From the NCBI RefSeq assembly GCF_028368995.1, contig NZ_JAQNDL010000001.1, positions 352,001 through 416,000 of the forward strand: a stretch of 64,000 nucleotides of DNA, given 5' to 3'. The position numbers were made by a program, and so were the translations under genes. The notes under the pieces are model-generated. The model had not been told where the DNA came from, did not search any database, and was given only the letters and a program-made list of their open reading frames with translations. The DNA is from Nannocystis bainbridge (GTDB lineage Bacteria > Myxococcota_A > Polyangia > Nannocystales > Nannocystaceae). This document shows, one piece after another, positions 40,757-50,725 of the stretch. Within the stretch, counting starts at the first letter, position 1. Every line of letters begins with the position of its first letter.

Positions 40757-41968
40757 GTGCTGCACACTGCCGCCGTGCCCGGTCTCGACGCCGCCCGCGC
40801 AGCCGCCCTCCTGGCGGACCTCGGCCCGCTGCTGCCGGGCCTCGCCTCGCCGGCGCTGGTCGTCGACCTCGACGCCGTCGACCACAACATCGCCGCCGTG
40901 CTGCGCCGCTGCGGCGACGACCTCGGCGGCCGCGCGGCCGATCGCTGGCGCCCGCACGTCAAGACCCTCAAGGCCGCCGCGCTGGTCCGCCGCCTGTGGG
41001 CCGCGGGGGTCTTCCGTTGCAAGTGTGCGACCCTCGACGAGCTGCAGCTGCTCCTGGAGGCCGCCGCCGAAGATGGCCGCGAAGACAGCCTCGACGTCCT
41101 CCTCGCCTACCCGCTGCACGAGGCCGCCTTTCACGCCGCGCAGCGCCTCGCCGCCGCCCACCCGGCCGCCCGCGTGCATCTGCTCGCCGACAGCCCCGAC
41201 CACGCCCTCGCCCTCGATCGCTGGGCCGGCCCGGGCCGCCCGCTCGACCTCCACCTCGACGTCGATCTCGGCATGGCCCGCACCGGCAGCCCGCCCGCGA
41301 TCTGGAGCGACGCCGTCGCCCGGCTTTCGTCGCTGTCACATCTGCGGATCGTCGGCCTTCATGGTTACGAGGGTCACCTCGCCTGGAGCCAGACAGACGA
41401 AGCCGCGGCCGCCTACGATCGCCTGTGCGATCTGGCCGCCGCGTTTGCTTGCATCGGCACCGAACCACTCGAGCTCGTCACCTCGGGCACCCACAGCTTC
41501 TCGGCCGCCCTCGATCATCCGCGCTTGAACGGCGGCTCCTGGCGCCACCGGATCTCCCCCGGCACCGTCGTCCTCAGCGACCTGCGCTCGCAGCCCGCCG
41601 CCGCGCTCCTCGGGCTGCAGCAGGCCGCCTACGTGCTCGCCCGCGTCATCAGCCGCGGCAGCGACCGCGTCACCCTCGACGCCGGCAGCAAGGCGATCGC
41701 CCCCGACCGGCCGGCCCCGAATTGTCGCCTGCCCGCCTGGCCGGGCCTCGTCGCCCTGTCGCCGTCCGAGGAGCACCTGCCGCTGCGGCGCGAGCACGGC
41801 GCGCTCCCTGAGCCCGGCGCGGCGGTCCTCCTCGTCCCCGACCACGTCTGCACCACCGTCAACCTCTACCGCGAGTGCCTGCTCTTTCGGTCAGGTCACA
41901 GCCCCGCCCGCGCGCCCGTCGGCGCCTCCGGCCACCGCCTCTTCTCCGCCCAGGACCTCCTCGCATGA
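40757..41968 (+). CDS. PLP-dependent D-threonine aldolase / D-serine dehydratase family protein
   Basis: SPALVVDLD, RPHVKT (PLP Lys), GMARTG, GYEGH, LDAGSKA, SEEH, PDHVCTTVNL. Confidence 0.88.
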   Translation: MLHTAAVPGLDAARAAALLADLGPLLPGLASPALVVDLDAVDHNIAAVLRRCGDDLGGRAADRWRPHVKTLKAAALVRRLWAAGVFRCKCATLDELQLLLEAAAEDGREDSLDVLLAYPLHEAAFHAAQRLAAAHPAARVHLLADSPDHALALDRWAGPGRPLDLHLDVDLGMARTGSPPAIWSDAVARLSSLSHLRIVGLHGYEGHLAWSQTDEAAAAYDRLCDLAAAFACIGTEPLELVTSGTHSFSAALDHPRLNGGSWRHRISPGTVVLSDLRSQPAAALLGLQQAAYVLARVISRGSDRVTLDAGSKAIAPDRPAPNCRLPAWPGLVALSPSEEHLPLRREHGALPEPGAAVLLVPDHVCTTVNLYRECLLFRSGHSPARAPVGASGHRLFSAQDLLA

Positions 41969-43626
41969 GCGTTTCGCCTCCCTCGCCCGGCCCCGTCCGC
42001 GATCACGCCCGCGGCTGCGAGCTCGAAGTCCTGGTCGCCCCGCGGGCCGCTCGCAGCCAGCTCGTCGGCCTCCACGACGGTCGCCTCAAGGTCCAGCTCG
42101 CGGCCCCGCCGGTCGACGGCGCCGCCAACGAGGCCCTGCGCGCCCTGCTGGCGGATCGCCTCGACCTCCCCGCCAGCGCGCTCGAAATTGCCCGCGGCGC
42201 CACCGGCCGGCGCAAGACCGTGCGCGTCGCCGGCCTGAGCGCAGCCGTTGCGCGCGGCCGCCTCGGCCTCGCCGCCCTCGCTCTCGGCCTCGTCGCCCTC
42301 TCTCTTGGCCTCGTCGCCTGCACCGTCGAGGTCCCGTTCGCGGTCCGCGTCGTCCTGCCCGACGACTCGACCGACCTCAACCGCGCCGACAACCTCGCGC
42401 TCGAGCTCGGGCCTGACGCCTACTTCGCCAGCTACCCGGTCCGCGGCACCGACTTCGAGGTCGAGCTCGAGTTCGAGCCCGACGCCGTCGAGCGCACCCT
42501 CGCCCTCTACCTGGCCGATGGGACAGAATTGCTCGCCTGGGGCCGCAGCGTCCCGTTCGTGACCCTCGCGCCGCCCGGCGACCTGGCCGTGCTGATGGCC
42601 CGGCCCGGCGTCCTCTCCGTCTATCCCGGCGAGGTCGCCGAGCCCGACCCTGACCTCCTGGCCGTCCACGCGCCTGGCCGCGGCCTCGTCCTGATGAGCG
42701 GCTCCGGCGACCTCGCCCTGCTCAACGAGACCAGCTACGACATCGAGCTCGGCGCTCGCCTCTCGAACCCGCCCGAGCCTGGTGACGGCGCCTTCGTCGC
42801 CGACGCGCGCGGTCGCTTGTGGCGGGTCGGCGTCGCCGACGAGGTCGGCGCTGCCATGTACGATCCCGGCGACGACGTGTGGGCGGTCGCCACCGTCACC
42901 GGCGACGACATCGGCCCCCGGCCTGGCGCCGCCACCGTCGTCGGCGCCGCCCGCGATCGTCTCTACCTCGCCGGCGGCGGCGATCACACCGACCTCGTCG
43001 CGCTCTCGCTCGAGCCTGATGACAAAGGCGTCATCACCCTCGCGCCGGTGGCCGCGCTCGACGGCCCGCGCAGCGGGGCCCGTCTCCTCGGCATGCGGCG
43101 CGGCGACGACGAGATCGTGCTGCTGGTCGGCGGCGCCGGGGCCGACGCATCGGTCGTCTATTTCCCCGAGGGTGGCCACGCATTCGGGCCTGTCGGCGAC
43201 TGGACGAACATCCAGTGCATCCGCCTCGACGCCGACGAAGATGACGAAAAAGCAACCGTTCGCCTGCTCTGCCTCGGCGGTCTGCGCGGCGGACAGCCCA
43301 CCGGCGACGCGCTCCTGCTGCACGTGCCGCCGGCGATCGAGGCCACCGAAGTCGAGGAGCGGCCGGCCTTCCTCAGCGCCCCGCTCGCAGATCCCCGGCT
43401 CTTCGCGGATGATCTGGCCGTGTACGCTCAGGGCGCCGCCCAGTGGTGGCGGGTCGATCGCAAGGACTTCGCCGTCGAGCTCACCGACACCACGGCGACC
43501 CGCGTGAACGGCGGCCATTCCATCACCCTGGCGACCGGTGTTACCTTCCTGGTTGGCGGCCGAGACCTGGACGATCGCGCTGTCGATCGCTGGTGGATCT
43601 TCGCTCCCAGCTTGGCTCCCATGTAG
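41965..43626 (+). CDS. DUF167/YggU domain fused to a hydrophobic segment and beta-propeller-like domain
   Basis: VAPRAARS..LKVQLAAPPVDGAANEAL..GATGRRKTV then LVAC and Kelch-like GG motifs. Confidence 0.75.
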   Translation: MSVSPPSPGPVRDHARGCELEVLVAPRAARSQLVGLHDGRLKVQLAAPPVDGAANEALRALLADRLDLPASALEIARGATGRRKTVRVAGLSAAVARGRLGLAALALGLVALSLGLVACTVEVPFAVRVVLPDDSTDLNRADNLALELGPDAYFASYPVRGTDFEVELEFEPDAVERTLALYLADGTELLAWGRSVPFVTLAPPGDLAVLMARPGVLSVYPGEVAEPDPDLLAVHAPGRGLVLMSGSGDLALLNETSYDIELGARLSNPPEPGDGAFVADARGRLWRVGVADEVGAAMYDPGDDVWAVATVTGDDIGPRPGAATVVGAARDRLYLAGGGDHTDLVALSLEPDDKGVITLAPVAALDGPRSGARLLGMRRGDDEIVLLVGGAGADASVVYFPEGGHAFGPVGDWTNIQCIRLDADEDDEKATVRLLCLGGLRGGQPTGDALLLHVPPAIEATEVEERPAFLSAPLADPRLFADDLAVYAQGAAQWWRVDRKDFAVELTDTTATRVNGGHSITLATGVTFLVGGRDLDDRAVDRWWIFAPSLAPM

Positions 43627-43661
43627 CCGTCCCTGCAGGCGGCGTCTCCCGGAGGCTCTCC

Positions 43662-44963
43662 ATGGCCGACACTCTGACGATCACCGACAACCGAACCGGC
43701 AAGACCTACGAAGTCGACATCAAGGACGGAACGATCCGCGCCGACGCGCTGCGCAAGATCAAGACGTCCGACGACGACTTCGGCCTGATGACCTACGACC
43801 CGGCCTTCATGAACACCGCGTCGTGCCGGTCCGCGATCACCTTGATCGACGGCGACAAGGGCATCCTGCGCTACCGCGGCTACGCCATCGAGGACCTGGC
43901 CGAGCAGTCGTCCTACCTCGAAGTCGCGTTCCTCCTGCTCCACGGCGAGCTGCCCAACGAGGCTCAGCTGCGCAAGTGGTCCCACGAGGTCACGCACCAC
44001 ACCTTCGTCCACGAGTTCCTGCGCAAGTCGATGGAGGGCTTCCGCTTCGACGCCCACCCGATGGGCAAGCTGGTCAGCATGCTGGGCGCGCTGTCCACCT
44101 TCTACCCCGAGGCGAAGAAGGTCCGCGACGACAAGACCCGGCGCGAGCAGATCGTCCGCATCATCGCCAAGATGCCGACGCTGTCGGCCTGGGCGTTCCG
44201 CCACAGCGTCGGCCGGCCGTACGTCTACCCGGACAACGAGCTGTCGTACTGCGGCAACTTCCTCAACATGATCTTCCGGATGGCCGAGCCGCGGTTCGAG
44301 CCGCACCCGGTGCTCGAGCGGGCGCTCGACATCCTGTTCATCCTCCACGCCGATCACGAGCAGAACTGCTCGGCCAACGCCGCCCGCGCCGTCGGTTCGG
44401 CCGAGACCGACCCGTACTGCAGCCTCGCCGCCGCCTCGGCGGCCCTCTACGGCCCGCTCCACGGCGGCGCCAACGAGGCCGTGCTGCACATGCTCAAGCA
44501 GATCGGCAGCGTCAGCGCCGTGCCGGAGTTCATCGCCGGCGTGAAGAACGGCAGCGGCCGCCTGATGGGCTTCGGCCACCGCGTCTACAAGAACTACGAC
44601 CCGCGGGCCAAGGTCATCAAGAAGCTCGCGCACGAGGTCTTCGAGGTCACGGGCAAGAACCCGCTCCTCGAGATCGCCCTCGAGCTCGAGAAGATCGCGC
44701 TCAGCGACGACTACTTCGTCAAGCGCAAGCTCTACCCGAACGTCGACTTCTACTCGGGCATGATCTACCAGGCCATGGGCTTCCCGGTCGAGATGTTCCC
44801 GGTCCTGTTCGCCATCCCGCGCGCCTCCGGCTGGCTGGCCCAGTGGCAAGAGATGCTGCAGGACCCCGAGCAGAAGATCGCCCGGCCGCGCCAGATCTAC
44901 ACCGGCGCCGACCTCCGCCCCTACGTGCCGATGAGCAATCGCGCCACCAAGCCGGCGACCTGA
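43662..44963 (+). CDS. gltA: Citrate synthase
   Basis: YDPAFMNTASC, ILHADHEQN, GPLHGGANEAV, GFGHRVYKNYDPRA, YPNVDFYSG; GGAGG RBS. Confidence 0.97.
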   Translation: MADTLTITDNRTGKTYEVDIKDGTIRADALRKIKTSDDDFGLMTYDPAFMNTASCRSAITLIDGDKGILRYRGYAIEDLAEQSSYLEVAFLLLHGELPNEAQLRKWSHEVTHHTFVHEFLRKSMEGFRFDAHPMGKLVSMLGALSTFYPEAKKVRDDKTRREQIVRIIAKMPTLSAWAFRHSVGRPYVYPDNELSYCGNFLNMIFRMAEPRFEPHPVLERALDILFILHADHEQNCSANAARAVGSAETDPYCSLAAASAALYGPLHGGANEAVLHMLKQIGSVSAVPEFIAGVKNGSGRLMGFGHRVYKNYDPRAKVIKKLAHEVFEVTGKNPLLEIALELEKIALSDDYFVKRKLYPNVDFYSGMIYQAMGFPVEMFPVLFAIPRASGWLAQWQEMLQDPEQKIARPRQIYTGADLRPYVPMSNRATKPAT

Positions 44964-44985
44964 TCGCCAGCCGCTGAGTATCGCC

Positions 44986-45020
44986 GAAGGGCCCCGCCGC
45001 ACCGCGCCGGGGCCCTTTCT
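44986..45020 (+). terminator. Possible terminator hairpin after gltA
   Basis: GAAGGGCCCCG...CGGGGCCCTTTC inverted repeat; short U tract. Confidence 0.55.
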
Positions 45021-45094
45021 GCGTCCGCCCGCCGGCACCGCGGGCTCGCTTCATCCCACTGGCGAACGAGTTCCGCAGGCGGGAGAGCGCCCCA

Positions 45095-45130
45095 AAGCCT
45101 GTCCTATCGGACATGTACTCAAGAACATTC
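45095..45130. repeat. Short 14-bp-phased palindrome array
   Basis: Cores at 45098, 45112, 45126; convergent junction. Confidence 0.75.
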
Positions 45131-45163
45131 GCCCATCGCTCGAGACTCTGTGCGAGCCCCCTG

Positions 45164-45577
45164 TCAGGGGTGCGACTCGCAGGCGAACTCGATCGTGATG
45201 AACGCTCCGCCGGTGCGGCGATCGATCTGCGACGCGATCGTCCCCCAGTCCAGCTTCGTCACCGGACCCAGCCCGAACGCCTCGTGCAGCCAGAGATCGT
45301 TGCCGCGCTTGTCGGCCGTCAGCGTCGCGTCCGTCACCTCGTCCCACGACGCCGCCCCGCCTGCCGGTGCCAGCCGGACCACGCGTAGCGCCTCCTCGAC
45401 GAAACCCACGTGCGCGTAGAACACTCGGCCCTGCACCGCGCTCGGCCCGAGCTGGTAGGTCCGATGCGGCGGGTTGCCCGTCACCAGGCGCGCCGACGGG
45501 TGCATTTCGAGGAACCGCGCCCGCGTCGTGCGGGCGTCGATCGCTCCTTCTGCGAATCCGATCGTCCCGTCGCGCAT
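45164..45577 (-). CDS. Hypothetical protein
   Basis: ORF translationally coupled to the methyltransferase stop; ends WGTIASQIDRRTGGAFITIEF. Confidence 0.6.
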   Translation of the reverse strand: MRDGTIGFAEGAIDARTTRARFLEMHPSARLVTGNPPHRTYQLGPSAVQGRVFYAHVGFVEEALRVVRLAPAGGAASWDEVTDATLTADKRGNDLWLHEAFGLGPVTKLDWGTIASQIDRRTGGAFITIEFACESHP

Positions 45578-46260
45578 CAGCCTCGCCGCGCCAGGAAGTA
45601 GGCCCGCTGGCTCGCGAACTCGCGCGGCGAGCTCGGCCCGCGCTCGAGCTTCGCCGCGATCGTGAAGCCCACCGCCTCGAGCCCGGCGCTCACCTCGTCC
45701 GCGGCGATGAAGTGCCCGTCGACGCCGACGCGCTTGCCCCACCACTCTTCAAGGCGGCGCATCGACCCGGCGGGGAATCCCGCGGCCGACGTGTGCACCG
45801 ACAGCAGCAGCGCCCCGCCCGGCCGCACCACCCGGGCCATCTCCGCGTACGCCTTCGCCCGCGCCGCCGCCTCGAGGTGGATCACCGAATAGATCGCCAC
45901 TGCTCCTGCGAGCGACGCATCGCCGAACGGCAGCGCCAGCAGCGACGCGCGCACGAACTCGAGGCCGGGCACGCCTGCGTGACGGCGCTGGGCCTCGGCG
46001 ATCATCTGCGCCGAAAGATCGACGCCGACCACCGACAGCCCGAGCTCCGTCAGCAAGCGCGCCTCGAACCCGGGCCCGCAGCCGAGGTCCGCGACCTTCG
46101 CCGCGCGCCCGACCGTCTCCGCGAACGCCGTGATCAACGCCCGGTCGACGATCTTCTCCGCCAGGTCGTCGGCGAACTCGGCGGCGTATTGCTGCGCGAC
46201 CGCGTCGTAGGTCGCCTCGATGTCCGCCTCGCCACGATCCGCGGTGCCCGTCATCGCCAC
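45577..46260 (-). CDS. Class I SAM-dependent methyltransferase
   Basis: VADLGCGPG, GVDLSAQM, RVVRPGGALLL. Confidence 0.9.
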   Translation of the reverse strand: MAMTGTADRGEADIEATYDAVAQQYAAEFADDLAEKIVDRALITAFAETVGRAAKVADLGCGPGFEARLLTELGLSVVGVDLSAQMIAEAQRRHAGVPGLEFVRASLLALPFGDASLAGAVAIYSVIHLEAAARAKAYAEMARVVRPGGALLLSVHTSAAGFPAGSMRRLEEWWGKRVGVDGHFIAADEVSAGLEAVGFTIAAKLERGPSSPREFASQRAYFLARRG

Positions 46261-46342
46261 CGTCTCTCGTTACCACGTTCGCGGCGCACCGTCTGGCCAC
46301 GCCTGGCGGTTCCCATCACCCGCCTCGCCATGAGGATGCGCG

Positions 46343-46927
46343 TCAGTCCTCGGATGCCTCGGGCGGCTCGGGCATGAACAGGTCGGCGAGCACCAGCTCG
46401 ATCGCCTCGAACGGTGGCACGCGAGCGACAGCGCTGCGGTCGTATGTCCCCGTCAGCACCCAGCGCCCACGCTCGAGCGCGAACGCCTCGAGCACGCCGG
46501 CGACCGGATCGATCAGCCAGTAGAACGGCACGCCATGCCTGGCATACAGCTCTCGCTTGACCACGCGGTCGCGTCGCACGCCGTGGGGCGACAGCACCTC
46601 GCAGATCCAGTCGGGCACCACGTCGATGGGCCGCTGGCCCCAGGGCGACGGCAACCTTTCGCGCCGCCATCCGACCACATCGGGGCGGACCACGTCATGG
46701 TCCGTGAACCTGACATCGATCTCGACCACGATCCACCACCCGCCCGGCCCCCCGCGCCCGCGGTCGAACGGCCCGCGCAGCCCGTCCACGATCCCGCTCT
46801 GCGCGTAGCTGTGCTCGAACAGCCCGCTCGGCTGGGTCACCAGCTCGCCGCCGAGGATCTCCGCCTTCACGTCCTCGGGCGTGGCGAGCAGCTCCGCGTA
46901 GGTGGCGAGCTTCGGCGCGGCGGTCAT
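46343..46927 (-). CDS. Uma2 family (DUF820) endonuclease-fold protein
   Basis: EILGGEL, RPDV, PDWICEVLSP..DRVVKRELYARHGVPFYWLIDP. Confidence 0.9.
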   Translation of the reverse strand: MTAAPKLATYAELLATPEDVKAEILGGELVTQPSGLFEHSYAQSGIVDGLRGPFDRGRGGPGGWWIVVEIDVRFTDHDVVRPDVVGWRRERLPSPWGQRPIDVVPDWICEVLSPHGVRRDRVVKRELYARHGVPFYWLIDPVAGVLEAFALERGRWVLTGTYDRSAVARVPPFEAIELVLADLFMPEPPEASED

Positions 46928-46998
46928 GTTCGCCAGCATACACCATCCTCCAGGACCCGCGCGCTTGCCCGCCCGCGCGCGCCTGATAGCCTGCAGGG

Positions 46999-48141
46999 GT
47001 GGCACAACGGCTCGTCGTCCTCGCCCTCGGCGCCGCGTTCGCAACGACCGGCTGCAGCGACGACTGCGGCGACAGCGAGTACCACGACGCCGAGATCTGT
47101 TTTAAGGAACATGTCCTCGAGGTCCAGTCCGAGGCCGCCAGTCCCCTCGCCTTGCGCGCGGCCGACTTCGACGGCGACGGCCTCGACGACCTCCTTATCG
47201 TCGGCGCCGCTGCCGGCACCATCACCACCGACTTGCGGCGCGGCGACGGCGACGGCGGCCTCGGCGAGCCGCGCGACGTCGGCGTCGCCGGCTGCAGCGC
47301 CTATCCAGTGGTCGGCGACCTCGACCTCGACGGCGCCGCCGACCTCCTGTTCCCCAGCTGCGACGGCGGCGTGTTCGTCTACCGGGCCGACGGCGCCGGC
47401 GGCTTCGCGGCGCCCGTCGAGGTCCCTGTCGGCCTCAAGATCCGCACCACCGCCGTCACCGACGTCGACGGCGACGGCCGCCGCGACCTGCTTGTCCTCG
47501 GGGACATGTCCGAAAAGCCAGCCATCAGCCTCGTCCGGGCCGACGCCGCTGGCGGCTTCGCCCCGCCGGAGGTCCAGCCCCTGTTCGTGCCCGGCCTCGA
47601 AGACCTCGATCCTGGCGGCTTCGTCGCCGGTCGCCTGCGCCGCGACGGCCCGGTCGAGCTTGTCCTCGCCGAGTGGGACCGCAGCGACGGCCTCGCGCGC
47701 GCCACCATCACCGCCGGCGCCATCGGGCCGTTCGTCGCCATGACCACCGGCCTGCGCCCCGGCGCCCTCCACCTGCGCGACCTCGACGACGACGACATCC
47801 TCGACGTCCTCGTCCTCGACACCGCCCCGGTCGCCCTCGCCCCGCTGCTCGGGCCCGACCTGTCCGAAGGGCCACGTACCGCCCTCGGCTCGCGCCCCGG
47901 CCCGATCGCCCTCGCCCACCTCGACGGCGACGGCAGCCTCGACGCCGTGCTGTTCCACGGCGACCGCCTCGGCCTGTGGCGCGGCGTCGGCGACGGTCGC
48001 TTCACCGCCGCGATCCAGCTCGAGTTCTCGACCGACGTCGTCGAGGTCGTGCTGCCCGATCTCAACGCCGATGGCCGGGCCGACATCGTCGCCGGCCTGT
48101 TCCCCGACGGCGGCCTCGCCATCCGCCTCAGCGGCCCCTGA
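46999..48141 (+). CDS. FG-GAP/VCBS repeat lipoprotein
   Basis: ADFDGDGLDDL, GDLDLDGAADL, DVDGDGRRDL, DLNADGRADI. Confidence 0.82.
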   Translation: MAQRLVVLALGAAFATTGCSDDCGDSEYHDAEICFKEHVLEVQSEAASPLALRAADFDGDGLDDLLIVGAAAGTITTDLRRGDGDGGLGEPRDVGVAGCSAYPVVGDLDLDGAADLLFPSCDGGVFVYRADGAGGFAAPVEVPVGLKIRTTAVTDVDGDGRRDLLVLGDMSEKPAISLVRADAAGGFAPPEVQPLFVPGLEDLDPGGFVAGRLRRDGPVELVLAEWDRSDGLARATITAGAIGPFVAMTTGLRPGALHLRDLDDDDILDVLVLDTAPVALAPLLGPDLSEGPRTALGSRPGPIALAHLDGDGSLDAVLFHGDRLGLWRGVGDGRFTAAIQLEFSTDVVEVVLPDLNADGRADIVAGLFPDGGLAIRLSGP

Positions 48142-48425
48142 CCCACCAGCCCGCCGGACGACCGCCTGCACTGCAGCGCCCCGCGAGCAGCGTTCCAGGC
48201 GTTCGTGGTCGCCGCCCCGCACGCCTCGGTGCCCGGAGCCCACGCGTTCCGTTCGACCGCTCCGCTCGCCGCGCCCGTCCGGCGCGCCGCGCCCGGCCCT
48301 CCCGCCTCCGTCGCCGCGACCCTGCCTCTCCCGCGCCGGATCGGCTCGCTGCACCGCCTGGGCTCGCTCGCCGGCCGCCCGCTAATTTCGCCCCTCGGTG
48401 CGCCGCTGATACCCTTCGCGGCGCC

Positions 48426-48836
48426 ATGCCCCCCACCAGCACCCCCCGCAACTACGAGTTCTCGGGCCCGGAGAACATCATCATCCGCCAGTTGGTCGAC
48501 GCCATGCGGTTCGTCGCCGCGGCCTCGCTGGCGGTGGGCGCCTTTGTCCTGATCCTCGGGATCGCCGGCCTCGTCACCCAGGGCCGCGCCGCCATCGGCC
48601 CCGCGCTCGGCGACTTCGCCGAGGCCGTCGTGTTCGTGCTGATCGGCCTGTGGCTGCAGCGGGCCGTCGACGCCTTCAGCCGCGTCATCGACACCAGCGG
48701 CGACGACATCACCCACCTGCTCGACGCCCTGCGCGAGCTGACCCGCGTGTTCTCGCTGCAGCGCACCGTCCTGGTCCTGGCCGCGATCGTCATCGTCATG
48801 GCGATCGGTATCCACGGCGTGCTCTCGCTCGGCTGA
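48426..48836 (+). CDS. Small membrane protein
   Basis: YEFS..EN..IRQL start, three TMs, IDTSGDDITHLLDAL. Confidence 0.7.
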   Translation: MPPTSTPRNYEFSGPENIIIRQLVDAMRFVAAASLAVGAFVLILGIAGLVTQGRAAIGPALGDFAEAVVFVLIGLWLQRAVDAFSRVIDTSGDDITHLLDALRELTRVFSLQRTVLVLAAIVIVMAIGIHGVLSLG

Positions 48837-48839
48837 GCG

Positions 48840-48905
48840 TTCGGACATGCCCCCGGGGACATGCCCCCGGGGACATGCCCGCCGGGGCATGTCCTCCGGG
48901 ACACC
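48840..48905. repeat. 14-bp-phased array filling the convergent intergenic gap
   Basis: Cores at 48846, 48860, 48874, 48888, 48902. Confidence 0.92.
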
Positions 48906-49730
48906 CTAGCGGCGGGCGAACCGGCTGAAGTAGCGCGGCACCAGCTTCTGGTAGAACCGCTCCGGCGCCAGCCGCTTGAGCCGCCACAGCCACGACCCGT
49001 CGGCGTGGGGCAGCGCGTAGAGGGTCCCGGCGGCGGCGGCGTCGAGGGCGAAGCGGGCCACCTCGGGCGCCTGCATCTTGGCCCGGTCCATCAGCTTCGA
49101 CGCCGCCCGCGAGGCCCCGTTCTCGCCGTGGTGGCGGCCGGCGTCGATGATGCGGGTGCGGAAGAACGTCGGGCACAGCACCGTCACGCCGATGTTGGCC
49201 GGCGCCAGCTCGGCGGCCATCGTCTCCGACAGCGCCACCACGCCGGCCTTCGTCACGTTGTAGGGCGCCATCATCGGCGTGCACAGCAGGCCCGCCGACG
49301 AGGCGACGTTGATCACGTGGCCGCCGCCCTGCGCCCGCATGTGCGGCACGAACTGCTCGCAGCCGTAGATCACGCCCCACAGGTTGACGCCCATGATCCA
49401 CTCCCAGTCGGCCTGCGGGATGGCGTCGACCGGTCCGCTGGTGGCCACGCCGGCGTTGTTGATCAGCAGATCGACCCCGCCGAGCAGCGACGCCGCCGAC
49501 GACGCCAGCTCGGCCACCGCCGACCGCTGGGCCACGTCGCACGCCAGCGCGTGGACCCGGGAGCCGAGCTTCTCGACCATCGACGCCGTCTCCTGCGCGC
49601 CCGCGAGGTCGATGTCGGCGGCCACGATCCGGGCGTTGCGCCGCGCCAGCTCGAGACAAAGCGCGCGGCCGAGGCCACCACCCGCGCCGGTGACCACCGC
49701 GCGCACCGGCTTGTCGAAGGAGAGCGTCAT
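48906..49730 (-). CDS. SDR family oxidoreductase
   Basis: TGAGGGLG, NNAG, YNVTK. Confidence 0.92.
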   Translation of the reverse strand: MTLSFDKPVRAVVTGAGGGLGRALCLELARRNARIVAADIDLAGAQETASMVEKLGSRVHALACDVAQRSAVAELASSAASLLGGVDLLINNAGVATSGPVDAIPQADWEWIMGVNLWGVIYGCEQFVPHMRAQGGGHVINVASSAGLLCTPMMAPYNVTKAGVVALSETMAAELAPANIGVTVLCPTFFRTRIIDAGRHHGENGASRAASKLMDRAKMQAPEVARFALDAAAAGTLYALPHADGSWLWRLKRLAPERFYQKLVPRYFSRFARR

Positions 49731-49740
49731 GCGCGGCACG

Positions 49741-50613
49741 CTACACCAGATCGGCGGGCGGCTGCGGCGGGTCGTCCGGAGGGCGCGCGCGCGTCTGCCA
49801 GTCGTCTGGCGGCCACGGCTCGGGCCAGTGGACCTCGACCAGCGTCAGCCCCTGCGGCGGCGCGGTGCGCCCGGACCGGCTGCGATCGGGCCGCGCCAGC
49901 AGCTCGGCGATCTGCGCCGGCGGCCGACGCCCGAGCCCGACCTCGACCAGCGTGCCGACCATGATGCGCACCATGTTCTGCAAGAACGCCTCGCCGCGGA
50001 CCGTGACCGTGACGACCGCCGGCACGTCGCGCGCGGCCACCGTGCTGAGCGCCGCCGGCTCCTCCGCCGCCGCCGCCGCCACCTCGACCGCCAGCATCTT
50101 CCGCACCGTCGTCGGCGCCTGACACATGCTGGCGCGGAAGCCGGCGAAATCGTGCTCGCCGACGAACGCCGCCGCCGCCGCCTGCATCGCCGCCACGTCG
50201 AGCGGGCGGGTCAAGTGCCACTCGCCGCGATCGGTGGTCGGCACGCGATGCGGCGTGCAGCGGATCCGGTAGCGGTAGGTCTTGCCGTCGTTGAAGAACC
50301 GCGGGTCGACCGCGCGGCCGTCGGGCAGCTCGCACGCCCACGCGCCCAGGACCCCGACGTCGCGCGGCAGCTTGCTCGTGAGTCCCAACACCACGCCGCG
50401 CGCGGGGATCGGGAGCGTGGGCTCGAACCCCACCAGCTGGCCCAGCGCATGAACGCCGGCGTCGGTGCGGCTGGCGGCCCGCGTCCGCGTCGGCCCGCGA
50501 TACAGCTCCGACAGCGCCGCCTCGAGCGCGCCCTGCACCGTCCGGATGCCCTCCTGGCGGGCAAATCCGTGGAAATCGGTGCCGTCGTAGGCGACCCGCA
50601 GGAGCAGCGTCAT
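49741..50613 (-). CDS. truA: tRNA pseudouridine(38-40) synthase
   Basis: YDGTDFHGF, SRTDAGVHA, GEHDFAGF, FLQNMVRIMVG, TAPPQGL. Confidence 0.95.
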   Translation of the reverse strand: MTLLLRVAYDGTDFHGFARQEGIRTVQGALEAALSELYRGPTRTRAASRTDAGVHALGQLVGFEPTLPIPARGVVLGLTSKLPRDVGVLGAWACELPDGRAVDPRFFNDGKTYRYRIRCTPHRVPTTDRGEWHLTRPLDVAAMQAAAAAFVGEHDFAGFRASMCQAPTTVRKMLAVEVAAAAAEEPAALSTVAARDVPAVVTVTVRGEAFLQNMVRIMVGTLVEVGLGRRPPAQIAELLARPDRSRSGRTAPPQGLTLVEVHWPEPWPPDDWQTRARPPDDPPQPPADLV

Positions 50614-50725
50614 GAGCGCGGCCGACCATCGACCGCGCCCGCCGACCTGTCAACCAAAGTCCGCAATCTGCCGACAAAGCAGCGCCCCGCGCGCGATTTC
50701 TTGCTACCCTCCGAGGCCCCCGGCG

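Noticed and set aside
46343-46927. Uma2 plus methyltransferase as a restriction-modification or defence system
   Set aside because: The methyltransferase is a small-molecule class I type without DPPY/NPPY or PC motifs, and Uma2 genes are common and scattered in myxobacteria.
48840-48905. Array junctions (GGACATGCCC, GGGCATGTCC) match the eukaryotic p53 half-site RRRCWWGYYY
   Set aside because: The match arises from abutting TGTCC-N4-GGACA units; isolated sites lack it and no p53-like protein is evident. Treated as coincidence.
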